From an uncultured virus (IMG/VR IMGVR_UViG_3300036715_000434) (taxonomy: Duplodnaviria; Heunggongvirae; Uroviricota; Caudoviricetes), in the IMG/VR virus record IMGVR_UViG_3300036715_000434: 20,000 bases of DNA; one strand, written 5' to 3'. The notes under the pieces were generated by a model. It saw nothing but the letters and a program-made list of their open reading frames with translations. It made no database searches and was not told the DNA's origin. Both the position numbers and the translations under genes were made by a program. Below are positions 1 through 6,767 of this stretch, in pieces. Position 1 is the first letter of the stretch, and each line of letters begins with the position of its first letter.

Positions 1-104
1 GTGAATGGGCCCTCGCCTTGAATCGTGTAGAAGACTTCCTGGACGGCCAGCATGCCGTCGTCGGGCTTCTGGTCCAGTTTGCGGATAGGGTTTCGGCCAA
101 ACAT
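1..104 (-). CDS. queE: 7-carboxy-7-deazaguanine synthase QueE-like radical SAM protein, N-terminal part (runs off the window start)
   Basis: Not in the ORF track. Manual translation from ATG at 104 on the - strand gives MFGRNPIRKLDQKPDDGMLAVQEVFYTIQGEGPF..., matching the QueE/NrdG N-terminal EiFxxiQGEG motif. SD AAGGAGA at 117-111. queD is in the same window. Confidence 0.8.
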   Translation of the reverse strand, partial: MFGRNPIRKLDQKPDDGMLAVQEVFYTIQGEGPF

Positions 105-132
105 CTTTGCTCTCCTTGGGGTGGTTGACTAT

Positions 133-189
133 GCGATCAAATTATACAGAGCGTTAGGGCTTAGACCGGTCTAGGTATAATTTGCTCGC
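133..189. promoter_or_regulatory. Back-to-back divergent promoters (TATAAT on each strand) with a central 12-bp palindrome
   Basis: GCGATCAAATTATAC (133-147) reverse-complements to GTATAATTTGATCGC, 14/15 identical to GTATAATTTGCTCGC (175-189). Perfect palindrome TAGACCGGTCTA at 162-173. Confidence 0.6.
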
Positions 190-222
190 CAGTCCCTAAA
201 CCAACCCCTGAAAGGAATGACC

Positions 223-618
223 ATGGCAAAGACCCAAGCACTCACGACGAAGGATCTGCAAGCCGGATTCGGAGTCGGCCACATGACGATCTTCAACTGG
301 CGCAAAGGCTCCGTGACCAAGGCCGCGCTGCCCGCAATCACCGACGAAGCAGGCCGCGTGACCTTCAGCCTGGCCGCGGTGAAGTCGTGGGCGAAGCAGC
401 ACAAGCTCGCATTTACCGCCCCCACGGAGACCGCGGCAGAAGGCAAGCCGGGCCCGAAGGCCAAGGTTGTTGTGGCCAAGAAAGCCGCCAAGACGAAGGC
501 CACAAAGCCCCGCAAGACCGACCCGGCCACGATCGACGCGATTCAAGACGTGGCCATCAAGGCTACTGGCGGCCGCCTGAAGCGTTCGACGGCCAACGCC
601 GAAGCCACAGCGCAGTAG
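223..618 (+). CDS. Putative DNA-binding protein: N-terminal MerR/excisionase-like HTH plus Lys/Ala-rich tail
   Basis: LTTKDLQAGFGVGHMTIFNWRKG resembles an HTH; AKKAAKTKATKPRK is a basic low-complexity tail. SD AAGGA at 212-216 favours ATG 223 over 217. Confidence 0.65.
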   Translation: MAKTQALTTKDLQAGFGVGHMTIFNWRKGSVTKAALPAITDEAGRVTFSLAAVKSWAKQHKLAFTAPTETAAEGKPGPKAKVVVAKKAAKTKATKPRKTDPATIDAIQDVAIKATGGRLKRSTANAEATAQ

Positions 619-634
619 GTCTAGGAAAAGCCAA

Positions 635-1303
635 GTGAGCAACAAACGAGTCACGTTGACGAGGCCCGAGTACACGAGGGCCCCGGTGACTCGTGCCCAC
701 TTGGCCACCAAAACCAAGTCTGGGATGGGGGGAGGTATAGCCCCCTTTAAGGGGGGGCTCTCCCCCCATCTTTCCCAGAGGCCATCAAGTAGCAACAAGA
801 AAGTTAGCGTTGATGAGGTGTTGAACCTCGTCGAACAACTTAGTCAGGTGGATCGACAAGAGCTTCTCGACAGGCTAGCCCTCGCTCAAAGCAACGAAGC
901 GGGGGATCCTCGTGAAGTCGAGATGTGGTGCGTAGCGATACAAGAGTCTCTACAAGACGCTCTCGGCCCCTCGGCTGGGGCGATGGGGGGCCCCATGCTG
1001 GTTAAGCGCCTTGTTGGCTCTCCGTCGCATTGGAAGCCCGTGGCCCTGTTCATGTCCTCGAGTGGGCTGGCGGAGCTACAAGTGCGTGAGCGGCAACTAG
1101 CCTACCACCTCCTCGCTGATCTCCTCGTGAAGCATGTCTGCCAGGTGGCCAGCCACGTAGGCCTACCTGTCGGCCTGAAGTTCCTAGGCAACAACGTGGC
1201 CTCTATCACCGGCGTGTTCGAGCAGGCTTTCCCCGGCTACCTGGCGGCGGGCCTGGCCCACGTGATTGTCAAGGGCATCAGTGGCCACCCCAAAATCGAA
1301 TAA
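635..1303 (+). CDS. Hypothetical protein (start uncertain)
   Basis: 222-aa ORF filling the space between neighbours, with a helical-looking C-terminal part; no recognised motif. Confidence 0.6.
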   Translation: MSNKRVTLTRPEYTRAPVTRAHLATKTKSGMGGGIAPFKGGLSPHLSQRPSSSNKKVSVDEVLNLVEQLSQVDRQELLDRLALAQSNEAGDPREVEMWCVAIQESLQDALGPSAGAMGGPMLVKRLVGSPSHWKPVALFMSSSGLAELQVRERQLAYHLLADLLVKHVCQVASHVGLPVGLKFLGNNVASITGVFEQAFPGYLAAGLAHVIVKGISGHPKIE

Positions 1304-1322
1304 TCGAAAATCGAATAAGTTG

Positions 1323-1358
1323 TTGTCATGGCCCTGGGTCTGTATATGGAATCAGGGC
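1323..1358 (+). promoter_or_regulatory. Putative sigma70-type promoter, homologous to those at 1634 and 3891
   Basis: TTGTCA (1323-1328), 18-nt spacer, TGGAAT (1347-1352); shares TCTGTATATRGAAT with the other two copies. Confidence 0.55.
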
Positions 1359-1607
1359 ATGGACCACCAACAAGACTTCGACTTCGCAAGGCAGAGCAAC
1401 GAGTTCACCTCGGCAGCCCATCTCCTTCGCTACGTGGCCGCCCTCAACATCGAAGCTACCAAGACCGAGTTCGTTGCCGCCGCTGTGAAGGCCGGCTACC
1501 CGGCTCACGCTGCCGGCGCCCGCTTCGGCGAATCACGTCGCGTCACCCTGATCGACGAACCCCACCTTATTCGGCTGGCTGACGGTTCCCTGGCTTATCT
1601 GGAGTGA
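1359..1607 (+). CDS. Small hypothetical phage protein, possibly leaderless
   Basis: In-frame ATG at 1359 of the 1266..1607 ORF (MDHQQDFDFARQ...); no SD, and the ATG lies 7 nt after the -10 element. Confidence 0.6.
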   Translation: MDHQQDFDFARQSNEFTSAAHLLRYVAALNIEATKTEFVAAAVKAGYPAHAAGARFGESRRVTLIDEPHLIRLADGSLAYLE

Positions 1608-1633
1608 CCAGAAGGGTCTTTGCAAGAAAGCTG

Positions 1634-1703
1634 TTGCGACCTTCAAATCTGTATATAGAATAGAGCCATCGAATCAGAAACCACCCCGGAGAACGAAGAT
1701 GAC
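1634..1703 (+). promoter_or_regulatory. Promoter plus leader plus RBS, copy 1 of a 58-bp exact direct repeat (1646-1703)
   Basis: TTGCGA-16 nt-TAGAAT. AATCTGTATATAGAATAGAGCCATCGAATCAGAAACCACCCCGGAGAACGAAGATGAC is identical to 3903-3960. Confidence 0.8.
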
Positions 1704-1968
1704 CAGACAAGAGAAGATTACCAAGGCGCAAGAGATCCTCACCCTGATCCGCAGGGCGGGCCTCAAGTTCGAGGAAGTCTGCGCGGTCGAGTTTGCCAGC
1801 CAGATGCAAGAGATCGCAGATGGCTACAACGAAGAGAACCCAAGTGATGAACCCGAGGACAAGGCCACGATCTACAGCGAGGCGCGGAGCTTCGTTGAGT
1901 GTGACTGCTGTGACCTCTCGTCCGAGGCCTGGGCCGCGTTCGAGGAACTCTACGGCCCGCAAGACTGA
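1699..1968 (+). CDS. Small acidic hypothetical protein
   Basis: 89 aa, GGAG SD, directly behind the repeated promoter/leader. Confidence 0.75.
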   Translation: MTRQEKITKAQEILTLIRRAGLKFEEVCAVEFASQMQEIADGYNEENPSDEPEDKATIYSEARSFVECDCCDLSSEAWAAFEELYGPQD

Positions 1969-1979
1969 AGACGAACCCA

Positions 1980-2008
1980 CCGGCAAGGGCAACTAGCCTT
2001 TGCCGGCG
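1980..2008 (+). repeat. Conserved intergenic hairpin, copy 1 (GGGC-AACYA-GC loop)
   Basis: Stem CCGGCAAGGGC/GCCTTTGCCGG with loop AACTA; 1981-2008 is 27/28 identical to 4989-5016. Confidence 0.8.
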
Positions 2009-2057
2009 AGATTCCGACAGAAAATCCGCCATCCCCAAACCCCTACGGAGAGAAAAC

Positions 2058-3032
2058 ATGCCCGCAACCCAGACCCAAGCAGCCCCGGCCACCCCCTACA
2101 CCGGCATCATCAAGGCCCGCCCGAGCGCCTACAACCTGCTCGATCCCAAGGCCATCAAACGCCGCGTCGGCTTCAACCCGCGCTTCGACTTCGGCGAGAT
2201 CGAAGAGCTTGCCAAGAGCATCCGTGTTCAGGCCACGGAGCACGCGGTCCCTGGCGGTCTGCTGCAACCCCTGCGGGTCAAGCGGTCCGGCGATGGCTTC
2301 GAGTTGATCGACGGCGATCGTCGCATGACGGCCATCGAACTCCTGATGGCCCTGGCCGCGAAGGGCTCGCCCGACGGCTACTCGTTCCACGAGGGCGTCC
2401 CGGCCTTCACGGTCGATAAGGGGCAAGATGACATCACTTCGCTGATCCAGATGTTCGAGTCGAACACGGGCAAGTCGTTCCTGCCCCTTGAGGAGGCCGC
2501 CGCCTACAAGCGCATGCAGGAAGCCGGCATGACCATCGAGCAGATCGGCAAGAACGTTCAGCGGGCCCACGTTCACATCGTGGCCACCCTGGCTCTGCTC
2601 GATGCTGACGACTCGCTGAAAGAGGCGGTCAAGTCCAAGAAGATCGGCGGCACGATGGCAAAGAAGATCGCTGTCGGTGCCCGCGGCGACAAGGCCAAGC
2701 AGGCCGAACTGACGAAGGAGGCCGTCGAGGCTGGCTCGGACAAGAAGAAAAAGCGCGTGGTTCTGGGTAAGGTCGAGCAGGTTCGCGCCGCGAAGGCCGC
2801 CGCCAAGGGCAAGACCATCAAGATGCGCGCGCTCAATGACGATCAGCTCTCCGAGATGGGCGAGAAGCTCTCCAAGCACCTCATCGCGGTGATGAAGGAA
2901 GCCAAGATGTCCGGCGAACAAGACCTGGCCGCCTGGGTCGGTGGTGAGGATTCACTCGTGGTCGCCTTCACGTTCGGCGCCCTTCAGGCCCTGAAGGCCG
3001 CGGCTGGCATCAAGATCAACTTGGAGCTCTGA
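2058..3032 (+). CDS. ParB/Spo0J-like protein (ParB N-terminal domain plus HTH)
   Basis: NPRFDF..IEELAKSI...GLLQPLRV...FELIDGDRRMTA matches the ParB/Srx-fold signature; LPLEEAAAYKRM...MTIEQIGK fits the HTH. SD GGAG. Confidence 0.85.
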   Translation: MPATQTQAAPATPYTGIIKARPSAYNLLDPKAIKRRVGFNPRFDFGEIEELAKSIRVQATEHAVPGGLLQPLRVKRSGDGFELIDGDRRMTAIELLMALAAKGSPDGYSFHEGVPAFTVDKGQDDITSLIQMFESNTGKSFLPLEEAAAYKRMQEAGMTIEQIGKNVQRAHVHIVATLALLDADDSLKEAVKSKKIGGTMAKKIAVGARGDKAKQAELTKEAVEAGSDKKKKRVVLGKVEQVRAAKAAAKGKTIKMRALNDDQLSEMGEKLSKHLIAVMKEAKMSGEQDLAAWVGGEDSLVVAFTFGALQALKAAAGIKINLEL

Positions 3033-3035
3033 ACC

Positions 3036-3581
3036 ATGGCCACCACCCCCTATCAGGGGATGGCAGACCGAGCCCGAGCAATCGGGGTCGCTCACTTTGC
3101 CATGGACCCTGCCTCTGAGGTTCACGGGGTCCCCCACTGGGACCGCGTGGCCGCGAATGCCCGGCTCCTGGTCTCGCGCATAGAGACCGGGGCCGACTTG
3201 GCCGTGACGGTCTGGTTCGCCTACTTGCACGACTGCTGCCGACACAACGATGCTGAGGATCCGGAGCACGGCCACCGCGCCGCCGCCCTGGCTCGCTCAC
3301 TTTGGTTCGACGGCAAGCTGCACCTGTACGCACATGAGTTCCAGGAGCTGTTCGAGGCCATCCGAGACCACTCAACTGGCCGCATGCAGGGGCCTCTATT
3401 GGCCAGGATTTGTTGGGACGCTGACCGCCTCGACTTGCCCAGAGTTGGCACGATGCCAGACCCAGGCCACATGTGCACCACGATCGGCCAGAAGTTGGCC
3501 GGTCAGATGAAGCCGAAGACCAAGCTACGTGTCGGCCACGGCCACGGCCTGCTGATCCCCCGCTATCGGAGGTCAGGATGA
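3036..3581 (+). CDS. HD-domain metal-dependent phosphohydrolase
   Basis: HGVPHWDRV...AYLHDCCR...EHG...AIRDH...CWDADRLDL gives the H...HD...H...H...D pattern. Confidence 0.85.
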   Translation: MATTPYQGMADRARAIGVAHFAMDPASEVHGVPHWDRVAANARLLVSRIETGADLAVTVWFAYLHDCCRHNDAEDPEHGHRAAALARSLWFDGKLHLYAHEFQELFEAIRDHSTGRMQGPLLARICWDADRLDLPRVGTMPDPGHMCTTIGQKLAGQMKPKTKLRVGHGHGLLIPRYRRSG

Positions 3582-3772
3582 CCGCCCGCGCCGCTAGCCA
3601 TACGCTCGTAGTTGAACAGGTCCGTGGGGGCCTCATCTTCACTGAGACTCACAGCTACAACGATGCCAAGTGGGGCTTGGTGACGGTGACCAGCACCTTG
3701 CGCATCAGGGCGCCACGCCGGGCCATCACCCAGGCGCTGCGCTCTATCGGCTACGTGAAGGCCAGCCGCTGA
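3578..3772 (+). CDS. Small hypothetical protein
   Basis: ATG at 3578 overlaps the HD gene stop (ATGA); SD GGAGG at 3568-3572; MTARAASHTLVVEQVRGG... Confidence 0.6.
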   Translation: MTARAASHTLVVEQVRGGLIFTETHSYNDAKWGLVTVTSTLRIRAPRRAITQALRSIGYVKASR

Positions 3773-3793
3773 ACTCTCCGTACTTTCTCCTCC

Positions 3794-3806
3794 GGGGGGG
3801 GGGGGG
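3794..3806 (+). repeat. G13 homopolymer tract
   Basis: 13 consecutive G counted in the intergenic region. Confidence 0.9.
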
Positions 3807-3824
3807 CCCTTGTAGGGTCTCTTG

Positions 3825-3853
3825 GCCAGGGCTTCAAACCCCTGGCTTTTTTT
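3825..3853 (+). terminator. Rho-independent terminator
   Basis: GCCAGGG/CCCTGGC stem followed by T7. Confidence 0.85.
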
Positions 3854-3890
3854 ATGCCCTAGTGATGTACAAGGTCTTTGCCAAAAGATG

Positions 3891-3960
3891 TTGCCATCGT
3901 TTAATCTGTATATAGAATAGAGCCATCGAATCAGAAACCACCCCGGAGAACGAAGATGAC
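3891..3960 (+). promoter_or_regulatory. Promoter plus leader plus RBS, copy 2 of the 58-bp exact direct repeat (3903-3960)
   Basis: TTGCCA-16 nt-TAGAAT; identical to 1646-1703; upstream GGTCTTTGC...TGTTGC is also shared. Confidence 0.8.
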
Positions 3961-4159
3961 GAGCCCCACAGAAACCATCAAGATCGCGAACGAAGTCACC
4001 CTTGAACTGAAGGCGATGAAGGAAATCGGCATGCGCATCCCGGCCAAGGCGTTCAAGTATGTCGAGGCAAACAAAGAAGAGATGGCAGAGTTCCGCAACA
4101 GCGGCATGAAGATTGCTGAAATCGCTGACTACGTGATTGGAGCCTCGCGCATCCTCTGA
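3956..4159 (+). CDS. Small hypothetical protein
   Basis: 67 aa, GGAG SD, directly behind the repeated leader. Confidence 0.75.
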   Translation: MTSPTETIKIANEVTLELKAMKEIGMRIPAKAFKYVEANKEEMAEFRNSGMKIAEIADYVIGASRIL

Positions 4160-4165
4160 CGAACT

Positions 4166-4196
4166 CACCTGCTAGGGCAACCAGCTCTAGCAGGTG
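4166..4196 (+). repeat. Conserved intergenic hairpin, copy 2 (diverged, with compensatory changes)
   Basis: 13-bp stem CACCTGCTAGGGC/GCTCTAGCAGGTG with loop AACCA. Confidence 0.75.
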
Positions 4197-4242
4197 CGCT
4201 CTGAGAAAGCCGCCGCTACCACAACCCCTTAGGAGATCAACC

Positions 4243-4521
4243 ATGTACTTCCGTATCCTCATCAACAAGAACGGCGAACAGTTCTTCCGCACCTCACGCC
4301 TACACTCGTCCTCCGCCGCGATCGCCGCCCGCCTGTTGGTTTGGAAGGGCGCCGAGGGCATCACCAAAGAAGATGACGCCGACGCCATATTTGAGGTCAC
4401 CATCCTTCAAGTGAACGACGAAGGCATCGGCCACATCATGACGGTCGAAGAGTACGAAAACCTCGTCACCCAGGCGATGAACTATGCTGAAGACGCCAGC
4501 GAAAACGCACAACCCCTCTGA
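4243..4521 (+). CDS. Hypothetical protein
   Basis: 92 aa, SD AGGAG. Confidence 0.7.
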   Translation: MYFRILINKNGEQFFRTSRLHSSSAAIAARLLVWKGAEGITKEDDADAIFEVTILQVNDEGIGHIMTVEEYENLVTQAMNYAEDASENAQPL

Positions 4522-4537
4522 ACTCCTAGGCAATAAC

Positions 4538-4966
4538 ATGACCACCATTACCCGACCCCTCCTGCGCACCCTTCGCGACGAGATCAATGCTGCCCTGGCC
4601 GAAGTGGGCGCCCGCCACGGCGTCACCCTCGTGGCTGACAACGTGAAGTTCACCGACATGTCGGCCCGCTTCGTTCTCTCGGTCAACCTGGCCAACGAGA
4701 CGGTCCAGGCTCAGATCGCCTCCGGCGTTGACCCCAAGATCGCCAAGGCCGAAGCCGACTACAAAGAGTTCTGCCAGGTCTGCGGCGCTGACCCCGCCTG
4801 GCTGGGCCAGCGTGTTCGCGTCGGCTCCGGCGAGTTCAAGGTCGTCGGCCTGCTGCCCAACAAGCACAAGAACTGCATCCTGATCCAGCGCATCTCGACG
4901 GGCAAGAACTTCATCGTCGACCCGGCTACTGTTCGCTCTGGCATGTCCATCAACAAGATGATGTAA
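4538..4966 (+). CDS. Hypothetical phage protein
   Basis: ATG 4538 (MTTITRPLLRTLRDEINAAL...) follows the upstream stop; small beta-rich C-terminal domain. Confidence 0.7.
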   Translation: MTTITRPLLRTLRDEINAALAEVGARHGVTLVADNVKFTDMSARFVLSVNLANETVQAQIASGVDPKIAKAEADYKEFCQVCGADPAWLGQRVRVGSGEFKVVGLLPNKHKNCILIQRISTGKNFIVDPATVRSGMSINKMM

Positions 4967-4988
4967 ACCACTCGCTGATCGAGTTCAG

Positions 4989-5016
4989 CGGCAAGGGCAA
5001 CCAGCCTTTGCCGGCG
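4989..5016 (+). repeat. Conserved intergenic hairpin, copy 3
   Basis: CGGCAAGGGC-AACCA-GCCTTTGCCG. Confidence 0.8.
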
Positions 5017-5049
5017 TACTCACGACGCCTCAACCCAAGGAGAACAAAA

Positions 5050-6114
5050 TTGGCTCACGAACTCACCAAGAACAAGATCACCAGCAAGATCGAGATGGCC
5101 TATGCTGGCGAAACTCCGTGGCATGGCCTCGGTCAGCGCCTGATGCCCGGCGCCAGCGTAGAAGAGTGGCTGGAGGCCGCTGGCATGACCTGGACCATCC
5201 GCCGCACCAAGCTGATGTACTACGCCGACCGCGCCCAGAAGGACCTGCGCATCGACGACGAGAACGTCGCCCTGATCCGCTCCGACACCGGCGAGCGCCT
5301 GGGGATCGTCAGCGCCGACTACCAAGTGGTGCAGCCCTACGAGGTCCTAGAGTTCTTCCGCAACCTCGTCGAGACGGCCGGGTTCGAGATCCACACCGCG
5401 GGCACCCTGTTCGGCGGCAAACGGTACTGGGCCCTGGCTAAGCTGAAGGAAAGCAAGATCAACGGGTGGGATACCGTCGGGGGCTACTACCTCCTGTCGA
5501 CCACCGCCGATGGCACTCGCTCGACCGATGGCCGCGAGACCACGATCTGCGTCGTCTGCAACAACACGCTCTCCGCCGCCCTCTGGGGTGACGATCGCAA
5601 ACACGGCTTCAAGATGAGCCACCGCCAGCGCTTCGATGCCGAGCGGATCCAGAAACAGCTGGGCCTCACCTCTGAAAACTTCGACGCCTTCCTGGAGACG
5701 GCCAACGATCTGTCGCACATCAAGGTGAGCGAGGCGGCAGCCGACGACTTCATCATGAAGCTGCTGCGCCCGAGCGCCGCGGTCAACGCGATGGTGGCCG
5801 CTGAGTCGCCTGACGACTCCTTTGCCGCTCTGCTGGCTCGGCCTGCGAAGCTGAGCATCGAGGCCGACGAGGACAACGTTCGCCGTCCTCGCGGCGCCGA
5901 CATGATCCTCGACCTGTTCCTGGGCTCTGGGATGGGCGCCAACCAGAAGGGCCGGGCTGGCACGGCCTGGGGCCTAGTCAACGCGGTGACGGAATACGTC
6001 GATCACCACGCCACGGCCAAGACCGACTCACACCGCCTGGATCGCGCATTCTGGGGCACTGGTGACGAGCTGAAGACCGAAGCTCTGCAGCTGGCGCAAC
6101 AGCAGTTTGCCTGA
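5050..6114 (+). CDS. DUF932 (TIGR03299-like) phage/plasmid protein
   Basis: MAHE...MAYAGETPWHGLG, LGIVSADYQVVQ, TAGTLFGGKRYWALA, VVCNNTL and GTAWGLVNAVTEYVDH are typical of the family. TTG start at 5050 with SD AAGGAG. Confidence 0.9.
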   Translation: MAHELTKNKITSKIEMAYAGETPWHGLGQRLMPGASVEEWLEAAGMTWTIRRTKLMYYADRAQKDLRIDDENVALIRSDTGERLGIVSADYQVVQPYEVLEFFRNLVETAGFEIHTAGTLFGGKRYWALAKLKESKINGWDTVGGYYLLSTTADGTRSTDGRETTICVVCNNTLSAALWGDDRKHGFKMSHRQRFDAERIQKQLGLTSENFDAFLETANDLSHIKVSEAAADDFIMKLLRPSAAVNAMVAAESPDDSFAALLARPAKLSIEADEDNVRRPRGADMILDLFLGSGMGANQKGRAGTAWGLVNAVTEYVDHHATAKTDSHRLDRAFWGTGDELKTEALQLAQQQFA

Positions 6115-6251
6115 AGCCTGACAGGGCTGACCAGGAGGGCGCAGGACGCGCTTTCTTGGCCTCAGCCACCCTTCCTCCTATCCTCTCCCCTCTTTTAACG
6201 CCGCCTAGCCCGTATATATCGGCTGGCATCCCTCACCCCTGGAGAAACAAG

Positions 6252-6764
6252 ATGATCGAATACGTAGTTCTGCCATTCAAGAAAGACGAGCCGACAGATG
6301 ACCTGCCGAAGAACCACAAGCCCCTGATCTCAACCAAGACCTACGGGCACGAACAGGGCTTCTCCTCGACGTTTCGGCAGTGGCGCGCGCACTCTCACTG
6401 CAACAAGCTGCACGGCTACTCCCTCGGCTTCAAGTTCACGTTCGCCGCCCAGGATGTCGACGCCTGCGGCTGGGTGGTCGACTTCGGTGGCCTGAAGACC
6501 CTGAAGCAGATCATGGAAGACACGTTCGACCACAAGTTGCTGGTGGCCCAGGATGACCCCCTACTCGATCTCGTGAAGCAGATGCAGAGCGCCGGCCTGG
6601 CCGATGTCATCATCGTTCCGGCGACTGGTTGCGAGGCCTTCGCCCGCATGATGTTCGACGTGACTGAGCAGTGGCTCAAGGACGCCGGCTTCGCCCCTCG
6701 TGTCTGGTTGATCTCTGTAGAGGTCAGCGAGCACGGGGCCAACTCCGCCATCTGCCAGGGGTGA
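6252..6764 (+). CDS. queD: 6-carboxytetrahydropterin synthase QueD (PTPS family)
   Basis: STKTYGHEQGFSSTFRQWRAHSHCNKLHGYSL, GWVVDFGGLK, FDHKLLVAQDDP, GCEAFA, VEVSEHGANSA. SD GGAG before ATG 6252. Confidence 0.9.
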   Translation: MIEYVVLPFKKDEPTDDLPKNHKPLISTKTYGHEQGFSSTFRQWRAHSHCNKLHGYSLGFKFTFAAQDVDACGWVVDFGGLKTLKQIMEDTFDHKLLVAQDDPLLDLVKQMQSAGLADVIIVPATGCEAFARMMFDVTEQWLKDAGFAPRVWLISVEVSEHGANSAICQG

Positions 6765-6767
6765 GCC

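Noticed and set aside
2043..2921. 292-aa - strand ORF, and similar antisense ORFs such as 196..798 and 3563..4168
   Set aside because: They mirror + strand genes with recognisable domains or RBS, as expected from codon bias.
4156..4208. CTGACGA...stem...GAAA resembling a hammerhead ribozyme core
   Set aside because: GAAA does not directly follow the stem, I could not build stems I and III, and the other hairpin copies lack the core.
1646..5016. Repeats considered as a CRISPR array or integron attC sites
   Set aside because: Only 2-3 copies, kilobases apart, with no regular spacers and no cas or integrase gene; the hairpins lack RYYYAAC/GTTRRRY ends.
6156..6251. N-terminal extensions given by the ORF track (queD from 6156; also 5008, 8384, 12048, 13994)
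   Set aside because: Better SD-linked or coupled starts lie downstream, and the extensions cross hairpins or upstream genes.
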